A stretch of DNA of 64,000 nucleotides from Fimbriosthenelais zetlandica (lineage: Eukaryota): assembly GCA_977030845.1 (NCBI GenBank), contig OZ365109.1:13082001-13146000 (forward strand). The letters are read 5' to 3'. Position numbers and translations under genes: made by a program. Every line of letters starts with the position of its first letter. Position 1 is the stretch's first letter. The notes below the pieces were generated by a model that saw only the letters and a program-made list of their open reading frames with translations, was not told the DNA's origin and searched no databases. Positions 50,906-63,600 of the stretch are shown in pieces.

Positions 50906-51244
50906 TCGGCCCATGCTCGACGTATAATAAATGGCCTGCAATTCCAACCAGTACTGCGCAATTTAGTGATCATTAAATGGGGATCCGTGCCGGAAGTGGA
51001 ACTGTATAATGTGTATGTGATGTGGATTTGATCATACCACTTGAACATAAAGTTGGAATGATTAGGTTTTGAAGTGTTGGGTGGGAGCTGGGGCTTAATA
51101 ATAGTCTCAGCACGCGGGTGCCCCCTTGACAGTGGGTGGGCTTGGCAGATATTGTCACAAATTAACAACCTTCCCACCTTAAATGGCCCCAGGCGCCAGA
51201 TGGTCCTTAAAAATGGCAAAAATGACCGAGCGAGGCGCATGCGC
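50906..51244. promoter_or_regulatory. Housekeeping-type promoter-like CpG patch with a candidate minus-strand first exon
   Basis: GCCGGAAGTG (ETS) at 50989; AAAATGGC (YY1-like) at 51210; GCGCATGCGC (NRF1) at 51235; minus strand AGCATGGGCCGA|GTGAGT with exon end at 50906. Confidence 0.5.
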
Positions 51245-51697
51245 TGAGACGTTCGTATCCCGAACCGTTTAGCCATGCCTAGAGCCCATAGATACTTGTG
51301 ACAATCCCCCACACGGATTGTGCCTGGAGGGCAGATGCTCTTAGTTAGACATGGGGCGCCAGTGTCAGGGCCTTTTGTCATATTAGTTCAGATAAAGATC
51401 TTAGTGAGATACGGCATTGTATACTTATTCCTATATCCTCCTATCTGTATTAGCCTAGAAAGAAACCTATTCTTAAATTGACAATTTGCTAATTTAAAAG
51501 CACAAAAGAGGATCGTTTAGTGTCAATGGTGGATGGAATTCATTGGACATCTACAGTATCTCACCACCAGTGTCCCCCCCCCCCCCCCCCCCCTAAGACA
51601 CCAATGGCACCATTTTGAAACTTGCACAAACATGACAGACTGATGGATATTAACAAAATATTCTCAGAACCTTAGTTTTTTAATCATCAATTTACAT

Positions 51698-51926
51698 GTG
51701 AAACGCAAAAATAGATTTTGAGTTAGTTGCAGATTCGTTTAGATCAGATGACTCCAAATCAAAATTCCAAAATTTCGTATCATCAAAAACTAGAGAAAAT
51801 GCCCATTTCAGACAATTTTCTGTCCAACTGGAAGAAATCTGGAAGGGACAACAAACAGACACAAAGGCGAGCTCTTCTCAATTTCACTCACAAAAATAGT
51901 CAAAGCATTATACATGTGTACATCAC
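51698..51926 (+). mobile_element. MITE family A copy 7, internally deleted
   Basis: GATTTTGAGTTAGTTGCAGATTCG and AAACTAGAGAAAATGCCCATTTCAGACAATTTTCTGTCC core; ends ACATCAC; flanks ACAT/AAAT. Confidence 0.8.
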
Positions 51927-52552
51927 AAATGTGATGTTCATTATCTAAGTGCATGAAACTCAACTATAACATTTGGGATTGACACTTTTTGTATTAGATC
52001 GAAGCCCACCTGAGATCACAGAGTAGATAATACCATAGGTCAAACGATGTTCTAACACCTTCTGGGTGGCCAGATGAACCTCCACATGTTTAATTCAAGG
52101 CGATGAGTCGGTACGAGCAACTCCCATAGTGAGATAGCAAGTCAAAGGGCATGAAGCGTGATATGATTGTGAGCAGGTGGTTAAGATGTCAAATCCACAT
52201 GGAGATTATTACCCAAATACATGTTTATTGACCTCTCCTTGTGTGCTCTCCTCGCTTCAACAATTCCCTATCAAGTAGATCTACATGCGCTGGAAAATTT
52301 GACGATGGGCTTCGACCATCGCTGGTAGTTGGTTTCGCAGGGGCGGGTACAGCAATATGAAAAGGGGGGTTCGAATTTGAGTTGGGTTGGGAGCAATGTC
52401 CCCCTACACACATATACGACGATATGAAGAAAGAAATCCCATATAGTCCGTTCAGTATTGAAAACTATATATTATGATAGATTCAAACTGTTCCACCGAT
52501 TTTTCTTGGCCATGTTTTCCATATCTTTTATTCCTTCCTTATTCTTTCCAAA

Positions 52553-52614
52553 AAAGGGGTTGGGGGTTTCGATCGCCCACCCCCTTCCCCCGAACCCCCC
52601 TGGATCCGCCCCTG
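52553..52614 (-). repeat. Terminal fragment of a CAGGGGCGGATCCAGG-type repeat
   Basis: Minus strand reads CAGGGGCGGATCCAGGGGGGTTCGGGGG..., a terminus I associate with marine-invertebrate MITEs; partner end not found. Confidence 0.4.
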
Positions 52615-55217
52615 TTTTGAAATATTAATTGGATTTGAAATGGAGCGTATGATATAACGAGGCATTTTTAATTCCACCCTCCATGTCCTGTCATTGTGAT
52701 GAACAGTGAGATAAATCATTTTTCCCATGACTTGACCAGTGCAAACATGACTCACACTTATTGTTTTGGAAGAAGCCACGTGGGAGAAGGGTCTTGTCGG
52801 TGTCTTGTGTCAGGCTATTCAAAATATTGTGCTCAAAAATATCTGGTCTCCCCCTGAACATGTCACGATTTAGGATATGTGACATAAACAAGTTTTTTTT
52901 GTCTTAATGCGAAATGTTAAAGATTTGCCATGTGTCCTTTGAAAGAAAACGCCCACTGTTCGTCATTCGATCATCGGTTTCTGATGACAAATCCAGGTGG
53001 GGAAGGATGCAATCTGGAATTGGATAATCAGGACTGTTTTAGCCCTCATGAAATATTATGTTAAAAATATTATTTTGTTGGTTTTTTTAATTGCTGGACC
53101 TTAGAAATGTAGTATAATATTTGTATAGGGCCCACCAACAGACCCTGAATATCGCCTATATCTATGCATGCATTGGCTCGGTTACACCCATCTGGACGGT
53201 CTAAACTGGGCAAAAATTCATATCAACGTTGCTCAACCTTGATATATGTCAATGTATACAGATCCCTTGCTGTTAGGATAATCAGGGAGACCGACCAAGA
53301 CAGCTGTTCAAGTACTTGCTCCAGATCAAGTGGGTTCACATAGACTTCCCTGGCGCTAACAAAATGCCTGAGTATTGCATAACAGGCTCACCCCTGTCAA
53401 TTTCACATCAGCGGGTGTTGATAACAAAGGCAGACCCTACTGCAACTGTGAATGTAGTTGGGTGTTTGAATGGCACGTTTATGGCCCATTTCTAACCATT
53501 CCTATATGTCTGGCTCTTTCTAATCAGACGTCTTCACTGACCTTTTGCATGCTGGTGTGAGCCTTTGTTGAAGAGGGGTAACAGCTGTTGCCCCCAGTCT
53601 TTTGCCTGTCGTCACACCCAAATTCCAGATGCGCGCCCGGACAGAGTGGCGACTATCTGTTGCATATGACAAATATCTTCATCTCAAGTGAAAGATATCT
53701 CTTTGGAAATGATGACCAAAAATATCCTTCTGGGCCCTACATCTGTAACATAAGAGATCTTTTATTGGATATCTGTATGGACAGACTAGAGTCGAATTTC
53801 CAACTTCGGCTATTAACTGATCTATGTTCCTTCTTTTGCCATGAAACTTCTGAATACTTTGGAGGATTTTGCTGAGAAAGGCTTAATTTTGCGAATGTCA
53901 ACTCCCTTTTTGCAATTTCTTTTGCATTTTAAATGGCAACAGACAGTGTTTTCAAATCATCATGTCAATCATTAGCCTGTGCTTCCGTTTGTGTCAAAAA
54001 TCGATGTGTCTAGGCTAAAAAGTGGAGCCTGGGAGGAACATGAAACACATGGATAACTAAACAAAGTTACACTCTCCGTTTAACATATTAATCTGTTTTA
54101 GTCCTTTGTTTACCCGGGACCACATATGCAGTCAGGTATTGCTCTTGGTATCAGCTCAGCACATGTGACTGGAAACATGTGGACTGCAGTAGAAACTCCT
54201 CATCTCATAATATTTTCCGGGTAGAAAACCTTCAAAGCATTTTGAAATGTTCATCAAAAGCTTTAGCCCAGGGGACATGGGACTCTATGTGGCAACTTCA
54301 ATGAACGAAATAAATTCCAGCTATTATTAATTAGAAAGGATGTGTATATCTGCAGCAGTTTAGTAGAGGCAGACAGGCAGACTGTTGAGCCAAATGAATG
54401 CCAGCTGCTCCGGTCTGGATGGGATGGTTCGAGGAGGTGCTAGTCGATTTGTTGCCAAGTTATGTGGTAACATGGAGTGTTGAAAGAAGGAGCAGCAGGA
54501 AAGCATTGAAGGCCTCCTTCCGACCATGGCCTCAAGAGTTCACTCGTTTCCTGGCACCAAAACAATCTCTTATCTCCCCAGGTATAATCATATGACTTAC
54601 ACGATCAGACTCAGGCTGCTGGTATGTGGCCACACCCCCCTACAACACAACTGTAGATACTTCTCTATATCACTATCACACTGCTAAATGTTCTCCTTCA
54701 AAACTGTTACTGTTCAGGTGGCAATTTTTGCCTTGTGCCCCAGAAATCTTGGGTATTTTGACCCGGTATTGGGATCTGTCTGAAATACCATTAGGCACCA
54801 TGCAGGGAATCAATTCCAGGGGCCTTCTCCCTGCCAAACGTTAAAGTTTCGATTACTCTGTAAATACTAAATAGTACATTTATATTCCCATAACCTTACA
54901 AAGTTTAATTGAATCACAGCTAGAGATACCTATTTGGTCTATTCCCGTCGCTGTTGCATGACTGAAAATTCCTAGCGAAATTCACAATGACGATACATTA
55001 TATTCAGGAGTTCTTAATTGCTGTTGCACGGTCCCTGCCTATATAGTGAAGATTCTTATAGAAACTCTTCAAAAGTTTATTGACCACATCTGGTTCTCAG
55101 ACTCCCCCTCCTCAGGCAGGGATTACACCGGCGCCAAGGCAGGATGTGACAACTTCATTAATGCATGTTTCTAATCAATAACTTCTAATCAAAGAATACC
55201 ATGCGTAAGACCGTGAC

Positions 55218-55232
55218 GTTACCCCTGGCAAC
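55218..55232. promoter_or_regulatory. RFX X-box-like site
   Basis: GTTACC-CCT-GGCAAC fits GTNRCC(N0-3)RGYAAC. Confidence 0.35.
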
Positions 55233-57166
55233 GCCTCTCGTGGGGAATTCAACTGGGTGTGAACTTACAAGTAACAAGGGTAATGAATTAAACACGTTAT
55301 TGAAACATAATTAGGACTGTCTCCAGCAACGTGACCTATACTTGTGGACCTGTCTCTTGTTCGGGCCTGAGATAATCAGTTGAAGGTTGCTGGGGAAATA
55401 TTACCAAGACTGGCCTAATATTAACATGGGGCTTTTGTCAGCATGTGATGTAACAAGTGCCATACGATGTGACAGGGGATTGACAGCACAAGGTCATTGA
55501 GGATGATGTCATTCATCTATAGGGAATATAACAAGTGTCTGTGTATATTCATATATACTGATTACATTTATATGAATAATTGACCATTTACGGACCTATT
55601 AGATAGGCCAATGATCAAAACACCCTCTACTAATTGGATATCAAAGGCCAGGCATATCTCCCATGCACTGTCTCATGTGAGAGGCATATAAAAACGATTG
55701 CTGCTGTTTGAAAAGTGTAGTCCATTGTGTGTCGACAGTGTGTTTCCTCTCGTATTTCCCCTCATTCTTGTCTCGAACTTGGCGTTCAACAAATTATTTA
55801 TGTATACACAGAAAAACTATAAGAAAAACTTTATTCTACTCCGCTTTACTTTCAGTAAGTGATTTAGAGCCTTCGGGGCACATACTAAAAAGGTTTCAAA
55901 CCACTCTGGGACCTTTACAAATTGTCAGCAACATACGCAGCGGTCCACAGCAAAGTTTGTGGGGGCAGGTATGGAGTTTCTAATGTATTACCAATGTGTT
56001 CCAGCTCCCTGATGGGAGATCGCATTGCCTCAGAAAAGAGTTGGGATCTTTCGAATCAGGCGCTATCACAGGAATACAATCACCACTTCCTGTTCCTCCC
56101 AGAAAGCGGTTCGTACTTTTGCGGCATGCCTTATTTTGCGACATCTCCCAGCGGGCCTGACTGGGCGTCAGTTTAACACGCCCAAAGGTTGAGCAGCTGT
56201 CAGGATATGGGGCCCTCCCTGACGTGCTCACATAAAACAAAGTACATAACGAGTAGCTCACTATTTCCTCAACAGGGATGTTTTGTCATCCCAGGCATGT
56301 TTATGAGTGCAAAGATGAGCATTATTTATGTATTTTGCATTTTTGCTCACAATATATGCATTTTACCACGCGACCGAATTTATGGATTTTTCCGTGCGAA
56401 GGTGGCGGAAGTGAAAAGAGTGCAGAATGTGCTTATGTCAAACTTTTCATCATTTAGGAAGGCAAACTTGTACTGCCAACTAAAACAAAGTGACCAATTC
56501 CTATTATAAAACCACAATCCTAAATCATCCGGGAGTAAACATTGTGTTGATTATTATGAACACCCGGGACTACATGTACTTTGGATTTATCATCACTCTG
56601 GCCTTTGCATTAGCCAGTGGCAAGTCTCTGTGCATCTTTTTTTATGAAACCCTCCCCAGAATGGCCTGATATATGTTAAAGTAATGATCCCTTAACATTG
56701 CCCGAGTACATAAACTTACCTGCCACTTTGCACCCAAACAAAATATAAAATAGAAACATTTTTGTTCTTGTTAATGGGTTTAACACCCTTGATCTTTTGT
56801 CCTCATGGCTTTTTGCCTCGAGTATCTTTTGGACAGATGCACTTGCATGAAATACCTGCTGTTCGCACGTGGACTTTTTTCCAATCAGTCATGACGCAAA
56901 AATCAATCATCCCTAATTCTAGCTCCCATCAACTTTGTCCAACTGACGAGTCTCAGGATAATCAGGATGTACCATCAGTGCCTTATCTGTACCCATCTTT
57001 GTGCATAAGAGAGGACTCGACCAGTCCCATATGCTTCGTTATCTATGCATTGGGTGTCGTATCAGGGTGGCAATCTCATGTACATCACCGCCCCAAGCCC
57101 CCGGGGTGCGGGCGCCGGCCTCGTGCCTTTGTGTGCGGTACACAACTGTCGGGCAGATTTCTATAT

Positions 57167-57535
57167 GTGATGCGTTTTCACCAAATGAGTCTTAAGTCGC
57201 AAAAATGGATTTTGAGTTAGTTGCAGGCAGATCCGTATAGAGCAAATCAGAAGCGTTACAATGATGTCTACCACAAGGAAATGTGAAAATATCTTTACTA
57301 TAAACTAGATAACTAAAAAACCCTGTCCAATTTGTATTTTGAAGGGACAACACGCACAAAGTTAAACATTTCTCGATTTCACTTTCAAGAATAGTACAAA
57401 TAAGTAAAAATATTGTGTCCTTGCTTTTATTGCGAAAATGCTAAGAGAAATAAGTGGCTTGTGTACAAAGCTTACAAGCCTGTAGCGCTGAATGGCCCTG
57501 TTCGACTTTAGACTCATTTAGTGAAAACACATCAC
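57167..57535 (+). mobile_element. MITE family A copy 8
   Basis: ATAT|GTGATGCGTTTTCACCAAATGAGTC ... GACTCATTTAGTGAAAACACATCAC|ATAT; perfect ATAT TSD. Confidence 0.92.
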
Positions 57536-58267
57536 ATATCCTCTGACCACAAGGACCACTTGGCCTGGCCCCGCCTCCCAGTGAAAACCTCAATATATTC
57601 ATACCCTGATTTGTGGGCGTAAACACTAGGCTGGCAGCCCTGCCATGCTTCCTCTAGGGGCATTATTCATCAGGCTCACTTGGGTGAGAAATTTCCTTGA
57701 TACGCAACAAGTTTTTCATAGGATATTTTGCCCAGCAGGCTCATGATTGTGTTCCCTTCTCACGGTTTTCCCCACAGCTTGTTATATTGCTCGGATCATA
57801 TTAGGGCCATATATCAACCCAGAGCTATGTGTGGATAATGTATTTCCCTTCTGTGTAGTGATCGAAATATAACCCATGTTTCTTTCTTTTTTCCCCATAT
57901 ATATCGCTACCTATACATTAATTTTCATCTTCTGTGTCTTATTTTCATGTGTTTTCCATACATTAAAAAACACTCAAATAAGCACATGTACACGGATACA
58001 CTTTCCAGTATGGATATGATTTTGTTTATGACAACGTAAAGGAAAGGGGAACTATAATAATGGGTCGTTTTCCCGTAGAAGGGCTTTGTTGGTGGGGAGA
58101 ATATGATACATTTAATAAGATGTTTGGTAGTCTGGTACACACGGCAGTGTAGGCAGACAGATGGTTCATTTAGCTCAGTGTAATCACCACACCCACAGCC
58201 TGCGTCTGATACACAACGGGGAGGAAGCTTGCCTCCTGTAACATGATACATGTATGAACCAAAGCCA

Positions 58268-58406
58268 NNNNNNNNNNNNNNNNNNNNNNNNNNNNNNNNN
58301 NNNNNNNNNNNNNNNNNNNNNNNNNNNNNNNNNNNNNNNNNNNNNNNNNNNNNNNNNNNNNNNNNNNNNNNNNNNNNNNNNNNNNNNNNNNNNNNNNNNN
58401 NNNNNN
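58268..58406. other. Assembly gap (139 N)
   Basis: Run of N; the 274-aa ORF spanning it is an artefact. Confidence 0.99.
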
Positions 58407-58520
58407 CTCTTTCTCCCCTCTCTCTCCCTCTCGCCCTCCCCCTCCCTCTCGCCCTCCCCCTCTCTCCCTCCCCCTCCCCCCAGCTCTTTCTCTCCCTCTC
58501 TCTTTCTCTCTTTCTCCAAC
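58407..58520. repeat. CT-rich low-complexity tract flanking the gap
   Basis: Almost pure C/T; likely cause of the gap. Confidence 0.85.
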
Positions 58521-59479
58521 TCCTCTGATGCAACACTAGGCAAATAAAGGAAGGAGCAAGCAGAGATATTAAAATTTCAATCTCTGGAGCGAGTAAGAAA
58601 GGAAAATTTAACCCGTTATGAAAAATAGTGCTTCTTCCCGACAGCGACCACTTTTTGGCTTGATCAAAGGTGGTCTCTATATATAAGGAGCTGGTCGCTT
58701 TAGGGGGTATATTAAACATATATATAGGAAGGAATATGGGACCAGACAAACATGGTCGCTTTAAAGGGGATACGTAGATTAGTCATAATAAGTATATATC
58801 ATTATAAGCATATATCCATATTACTCCTCCCATTGACCACATCCTCCATCGTGGACTCGCATTTCCTATAAGTTTAAGCTCCATTACTATCATTATATTT
58901 TGTTTAAAGTCTTATTTTTATTTCATTTTTGGGAGTGGAAACCTTCTGTAAGCTTTAATCTTTGTAAATCCTTCACACATTACCATGATGACCATGTGTA
59001 ACATCTCCAGTCCTTTGACGGTTAGTAACGATAAATCGTTAACCAGAAGGGTGATTCTTCAATGTCCTCTGATCCTTTTCTTAATAGAGACTGAGTGTGG
59101 CGGTCTCTATGTTATAGTCTGTGCCATAGACTGCTTGTTTACGCTTATGAGGCACACATGTGATGTATAATAGTTGAACGAGGTATAATACGAACCATGT
59201 GGAAAATATTAACCATCATGTATGACATGCTCAAAGGATCTTCAAAGATAAGGTCTTCATTTAAGAATATTTTTCATGTCAGCTTCAGAGAGATTTTTTC
59301 GCCCCAAATCCTTTAATGCAAATTATTCTGGGCAAATCGCTCTAAGCAACTTTCTTCATGTGACATATTTTATGCAGTAGGTGATCGATATTTCATGTGG
59401 TCCCTGAAACATGCGTCAAACATCCTCAAAATTTTGTGTTTTTTTTCTTCACTCAAGAACCACAACAACCATGTAGGAA

Positions 59480-59640
59480 ATTTGCACCGGTGAATAGCCG
59501 GGCGGTATTGTACGTCATCGTGCGCGTACAAGCGCGTGCGTCCGAGGTTTGTCTGATTGATGAGCATGTAAGAAAGGCGCTAGGCGTCGCCTCGATAGCC
59601 ACAGTGTCACAAGAAATAGTTTCCGCACTAAAGTAGCCCC
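59480..59640. promoter_or_regulatory. CpG-rich regulatory-like patch
   Basis: High CpG density; TACGTCAT (CRE-like) and TGCGCGTACAAGCGCGTGCG. Confidence 0.3.
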
Positions 59641-61938
59641 TCGGTGAATGTCAGATTGAGTGATGAAGTAGCCATACAGGTCATAGGTTGATGATTCTCT
59701 TCATCCTTACACATATACACAGGTGCGGACTTTCTGACAACCGAAAATATATCATTCCACCGCTTGAAATGAACAGCAGAATTTTGAGTGGAAATAAAAT
59801 ATATGAGTGGAAATAAAATATAGTTTATTTTATACCATATGAATAACCTGTGGTGCTGATAACTGCAGGTCCATTTATGATTGTGGATTTTATTCCATTG
59901 CCTGGGGATTGAAATTTTCAGATTGAAAGGATATTGAAATATTGTGCAATTTCCCAAACTGCGATGGATATTCTACTTTTATGCGCTTTCTATGAAACTG
60001 CCCGTGTCTAACTCGCTAGCTCGAAGGACAATGAATCGGCATTGTCCTTTTGTTGAATGTTTTTTAATGTTTTCAACTCGGCTGTGGCTGCAAGCGGGCC
60101 TTTAATAGATTTTAGATGATGTGTTTTATGACTCAGAACGAAAGCCAAAAGAGAAGCCTGTCTGACTATTTTCAAAATTTATTGGCCAATTGCTCTCAAA
60201 GCCCGAAGAGACAGCTAAAAAGGGTTAGGGTGTGAAAAATCGACGTGATCTGAAGGCGAAAATCTCTCTTTTGAAGATCATCAAACGACATCATTTATGT
60301 TGTCAACTGTTCGGGTCACACCCCCTCCTGCTTTATAACTCACTTCAGCCATCTATGTGTCCAAAAAAGACCACAAAAGGCAAGAGAAAAAATCATTTTG
60401 GAGCTGGACATTTCGATTGTCATCTGACGACGGAAAGTCAGTTCCCCCCTCCCCTCTATAAAATGTAGGTGAATGGGTCGCTCGGAAGCTCTTCCTGTCA
60501 AGAAAAAAGGGGGAGAGAAAAGGCTGTGGGGACTGGGAGTGATTGGTACGGGCAGGTGATGTCTGCGGTTTTCACCAACGCTCCATGGGGCATGCGCGGC
60601 GGGAAGACGCATCCTGACACCTTGCGGTGGACATGGTGACAGGTGTGACCTTACCTTATCAAGGTAATCAGCAGGCAAAAGGCAAATAACCACACTGAGA
60701 TTTACTCCTAGACGAATATCACTGAGCCTCGACTGAAAATAGTCCAGATTTTTCTTCTTCAGGGAGTTTTACATGCGAACTTGGCAGTGTCGCTGATTCT
60801 AAAAGCCTTGGGGACAAGACATTGTTTGCGTGCATGGAGTCTGGTCATGTCAAGTGCCTATATCCCCCCTCCCCTCCCTCTCTTCCTCCCTCTTCCACCA
60901 CTACCCATCCCCCCGGGAGACCTTATTTCCTTTGAGGGACCTGCTTTCCTTTGAAGCATTGGTTCTTTCCAGGTTTAATTTCCAGGTTTAATATAAACTT
61001 TAAAACGCCATATTTTCCCCAAACAATACCCATCCCAATCTATAGTTACACATTAGAGTAATATTCTACTCTAAAAATAGACAATCATTCTGCCCGGGTC
61101 TGTAATTAATCTGTGTATTTCCCTTGAGCAACACGTGAGTTGACGTAATTAAAAACAAACAACCACCCATATTTATAATGCTCTGCTTCACTTATTACAA
61201 CCTTGTCGCTTCTGGGCATCATTATGACAAAACAACTGCCATGCTAATGGATTAACATTGTTAGAGACTTGTAATTAGTGGATTACTGATTTATTATAAC
61301 AAGTGACCCATTTACCTCATAACTAATACACATAATTATCAAGACGGTAAAACATATTTTAACCTTGAAGATAATTATCTGTCATAGTAACATGCGTAAT
61401 TTAAATATTCATGAAAACCTTTTAAACAATATGATATACTGTTCTCTTCAATGCGTTAGAATCGTCCTCACAAAAATGGCAGAAAGGTGTGGTTCCCAAA
61501 GCAAATAAAAGTCTTTGAGTGTAGAAAAGATCACAAGGGGGTGAGAGAAACATGTTTGAGGGAGCCTTAGAGCAGCATGCTGGTATAGTTTCACCTAAGT
61601 GAATGTGTGGGCTCTCAGCCTTCAGGGCACAAGTATGGCAGGTGTCCAAGCAATTGGTATTTACTCCTGGGCTAAAGGTCAAGATGGTTTAGCAGGAACA
61701 AAAAGTGAGAGAAGGGACACTTGTGTTGCTCTCTGCCTCCGGGCTTAAGAGGAGGCTAGTGTTTCCTCTATATTCTCTGTATAATATACGTATCTAGTTT
61801 CTGACTAGCAGGTCTATAGTCCCATATGGTTATACAGTTTGTATGACTCAATTCATATCCACTGTCCTCCCATACTTCTGGATTCTAGATCCATTGCTAA
61901 CTCCATTGCAAACTCGATCTCGTTGCTAGCAGTATTTG

Positions 61939-62000
61939 ATAGAATTCTCCACTTGAGTATAGAATTCTCCACTTGAATATAGAATTCTCCACTTGAGTAT
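61939..62000. repeat. 20-bp tandem repeat, 3 copies
   Basis: ATAGAATTCTCCACTTGA(G/A)T three times, head to tail. Confidence 0.9.
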
Positions 62001-63479
62001 CCAAATTCCATCCATATTACACAAGACCACCCTAGAATAAGGGGTTGATATAATATGAAAAAAAAGTTCATTCTTCACTTGCCTTATACATCAGCCATTC
62101 AATTTGTCAAACTGATAATAAGGCAGAGAAAAAATCTCCAGTTTCCATTCAGATGGGAAAATTAGGGTCACTCAGATGAGGCTTTCTCAACTTTCCCTCC
62201 AGCCTTTCCCAAGGACATCAATATTCAGGCTTACACATTACACTGGAGATCATTTACATAGATGACTTGGTAGGGAGATTGAGCTTGCTCTAGTCTGATG
62301 GATGATCCGTCTTTTTTTAACCTTTCTCATTAAACTGTCCCCCAGCACTTCACAAGTGTTCACCCAGTTGGTCCAGCACAAAAGCAAGATGTCGAAGCTT
62401 GTCTGGACCTTTCATTATGCAAAAAGAGCTACGGCTGGTCCATTTTTTCCTTGATGGGTAAAAAGCGGGGCTATTTGTGTCCCAACTCATAGTGGCGTAA
62501 GCATATTGTGATGCGAAGACAAAAGATCACAGCCTCCGGGCCAGGTGATTTGGTCTTTAGCCATAATAGAGGAAATTATGGAGATCGCGATGAGGGAAGT
62601 GTGGCAAGAGGGAAACACGGACTTGAAACCATTTTGGTTTGGTCGGCTGCACATGAGTAAGCCAAAGCAATGGTCAATTGGGCCAGACTGACAAAAAAGG
62701 CAGCTTAAATGAGGCCACAGGTCATCTGAGAAACACATAACTCAGTCAATGGCTCAGCTGTGCAAATGTGCAAGCTGAAACCGAGTGCATGTGCCATTAG
62801 AGCTCAAAGCAAAATAGTGTCAAGTCACATGAAATAAAAATATTTTTCTAACTAAAAGGGAGTTTGCGAGGGATAAAAGTGTTGGCAGTCAACTAACTCC
62901 ATATGCGATCTGCATTTTTATAAGGTAGGCTAAGGTAGGCTAATGAAATTGTCTGCAAATATCATTGGAATGAATGAGGCTGGAGAGACCACTTTCAATG
63001 CTTATTAATTGCTCGCTGGGGTATAAAGTAGTCATTCTATGCAAGCAAGTTATTGTGGAAGGTTCATAATTCCATTGATGTACCCATGTCTTGATCGTTA
63101 CATTTTCTTTATGAAAAGTCACTATAATTACTCTTGGAAAGATATTGTGGTCAGAGCCTCTTTTCCCTGGGTAATATGTCATTCATCTTGAATTACCCAT
63201 CAATATTGTCAACCTTCAATATAATGGTCGCTCATGACAAGCCAGCAATTATCAAAGATGAAAACGGTTCGATACCACATCCATAATGACCCATTTCACA
63301 GGAACCTAATATTCGTTGAAGTGTTCTCACAAATTGCCATCGAAATGAATCTCTGGCCCACCAAATCATAATCATAGAGGCTGCCTCAGCTCATGCTTGA
63401 TTCTGATGTGAACTATTGTTGCCTCATTAGTCTAATTAGAGACAAAATGGACCAATGGGGGCGCTTAATGGGACGGGTC

Positions 63480-63600
63480 AGACGAGGGCCAACTTCTCGT
63501 TGTCCACGAGAAGAAGCGAGACGCCAGTCTGGACGCCACTTTCCGGTTCCTGCTGCGCGCGCGCCTCTAGCTCCATCCATGATGGAGTCTTGGCAAGCTC
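63480..63600. promoter_or_regulatory. CpG-rich promoter-like patch
   Basis: TTTCCGGTTCCTG (ETS-like) and GCGCGCGCGC; short ORFs on both strands with no recognisable domain. Confidence 0.35.

Noticed and set aside
50902-51381. 159-aa minus ORF
   Set aside because: It overlaps the promoter motifs, has no domain features and is better explained by local GC richness.
57925-58749. 274-aa ORF, the longest in the track
   Set aside because: It spans the N gap and the CT-rich tract; artefact.
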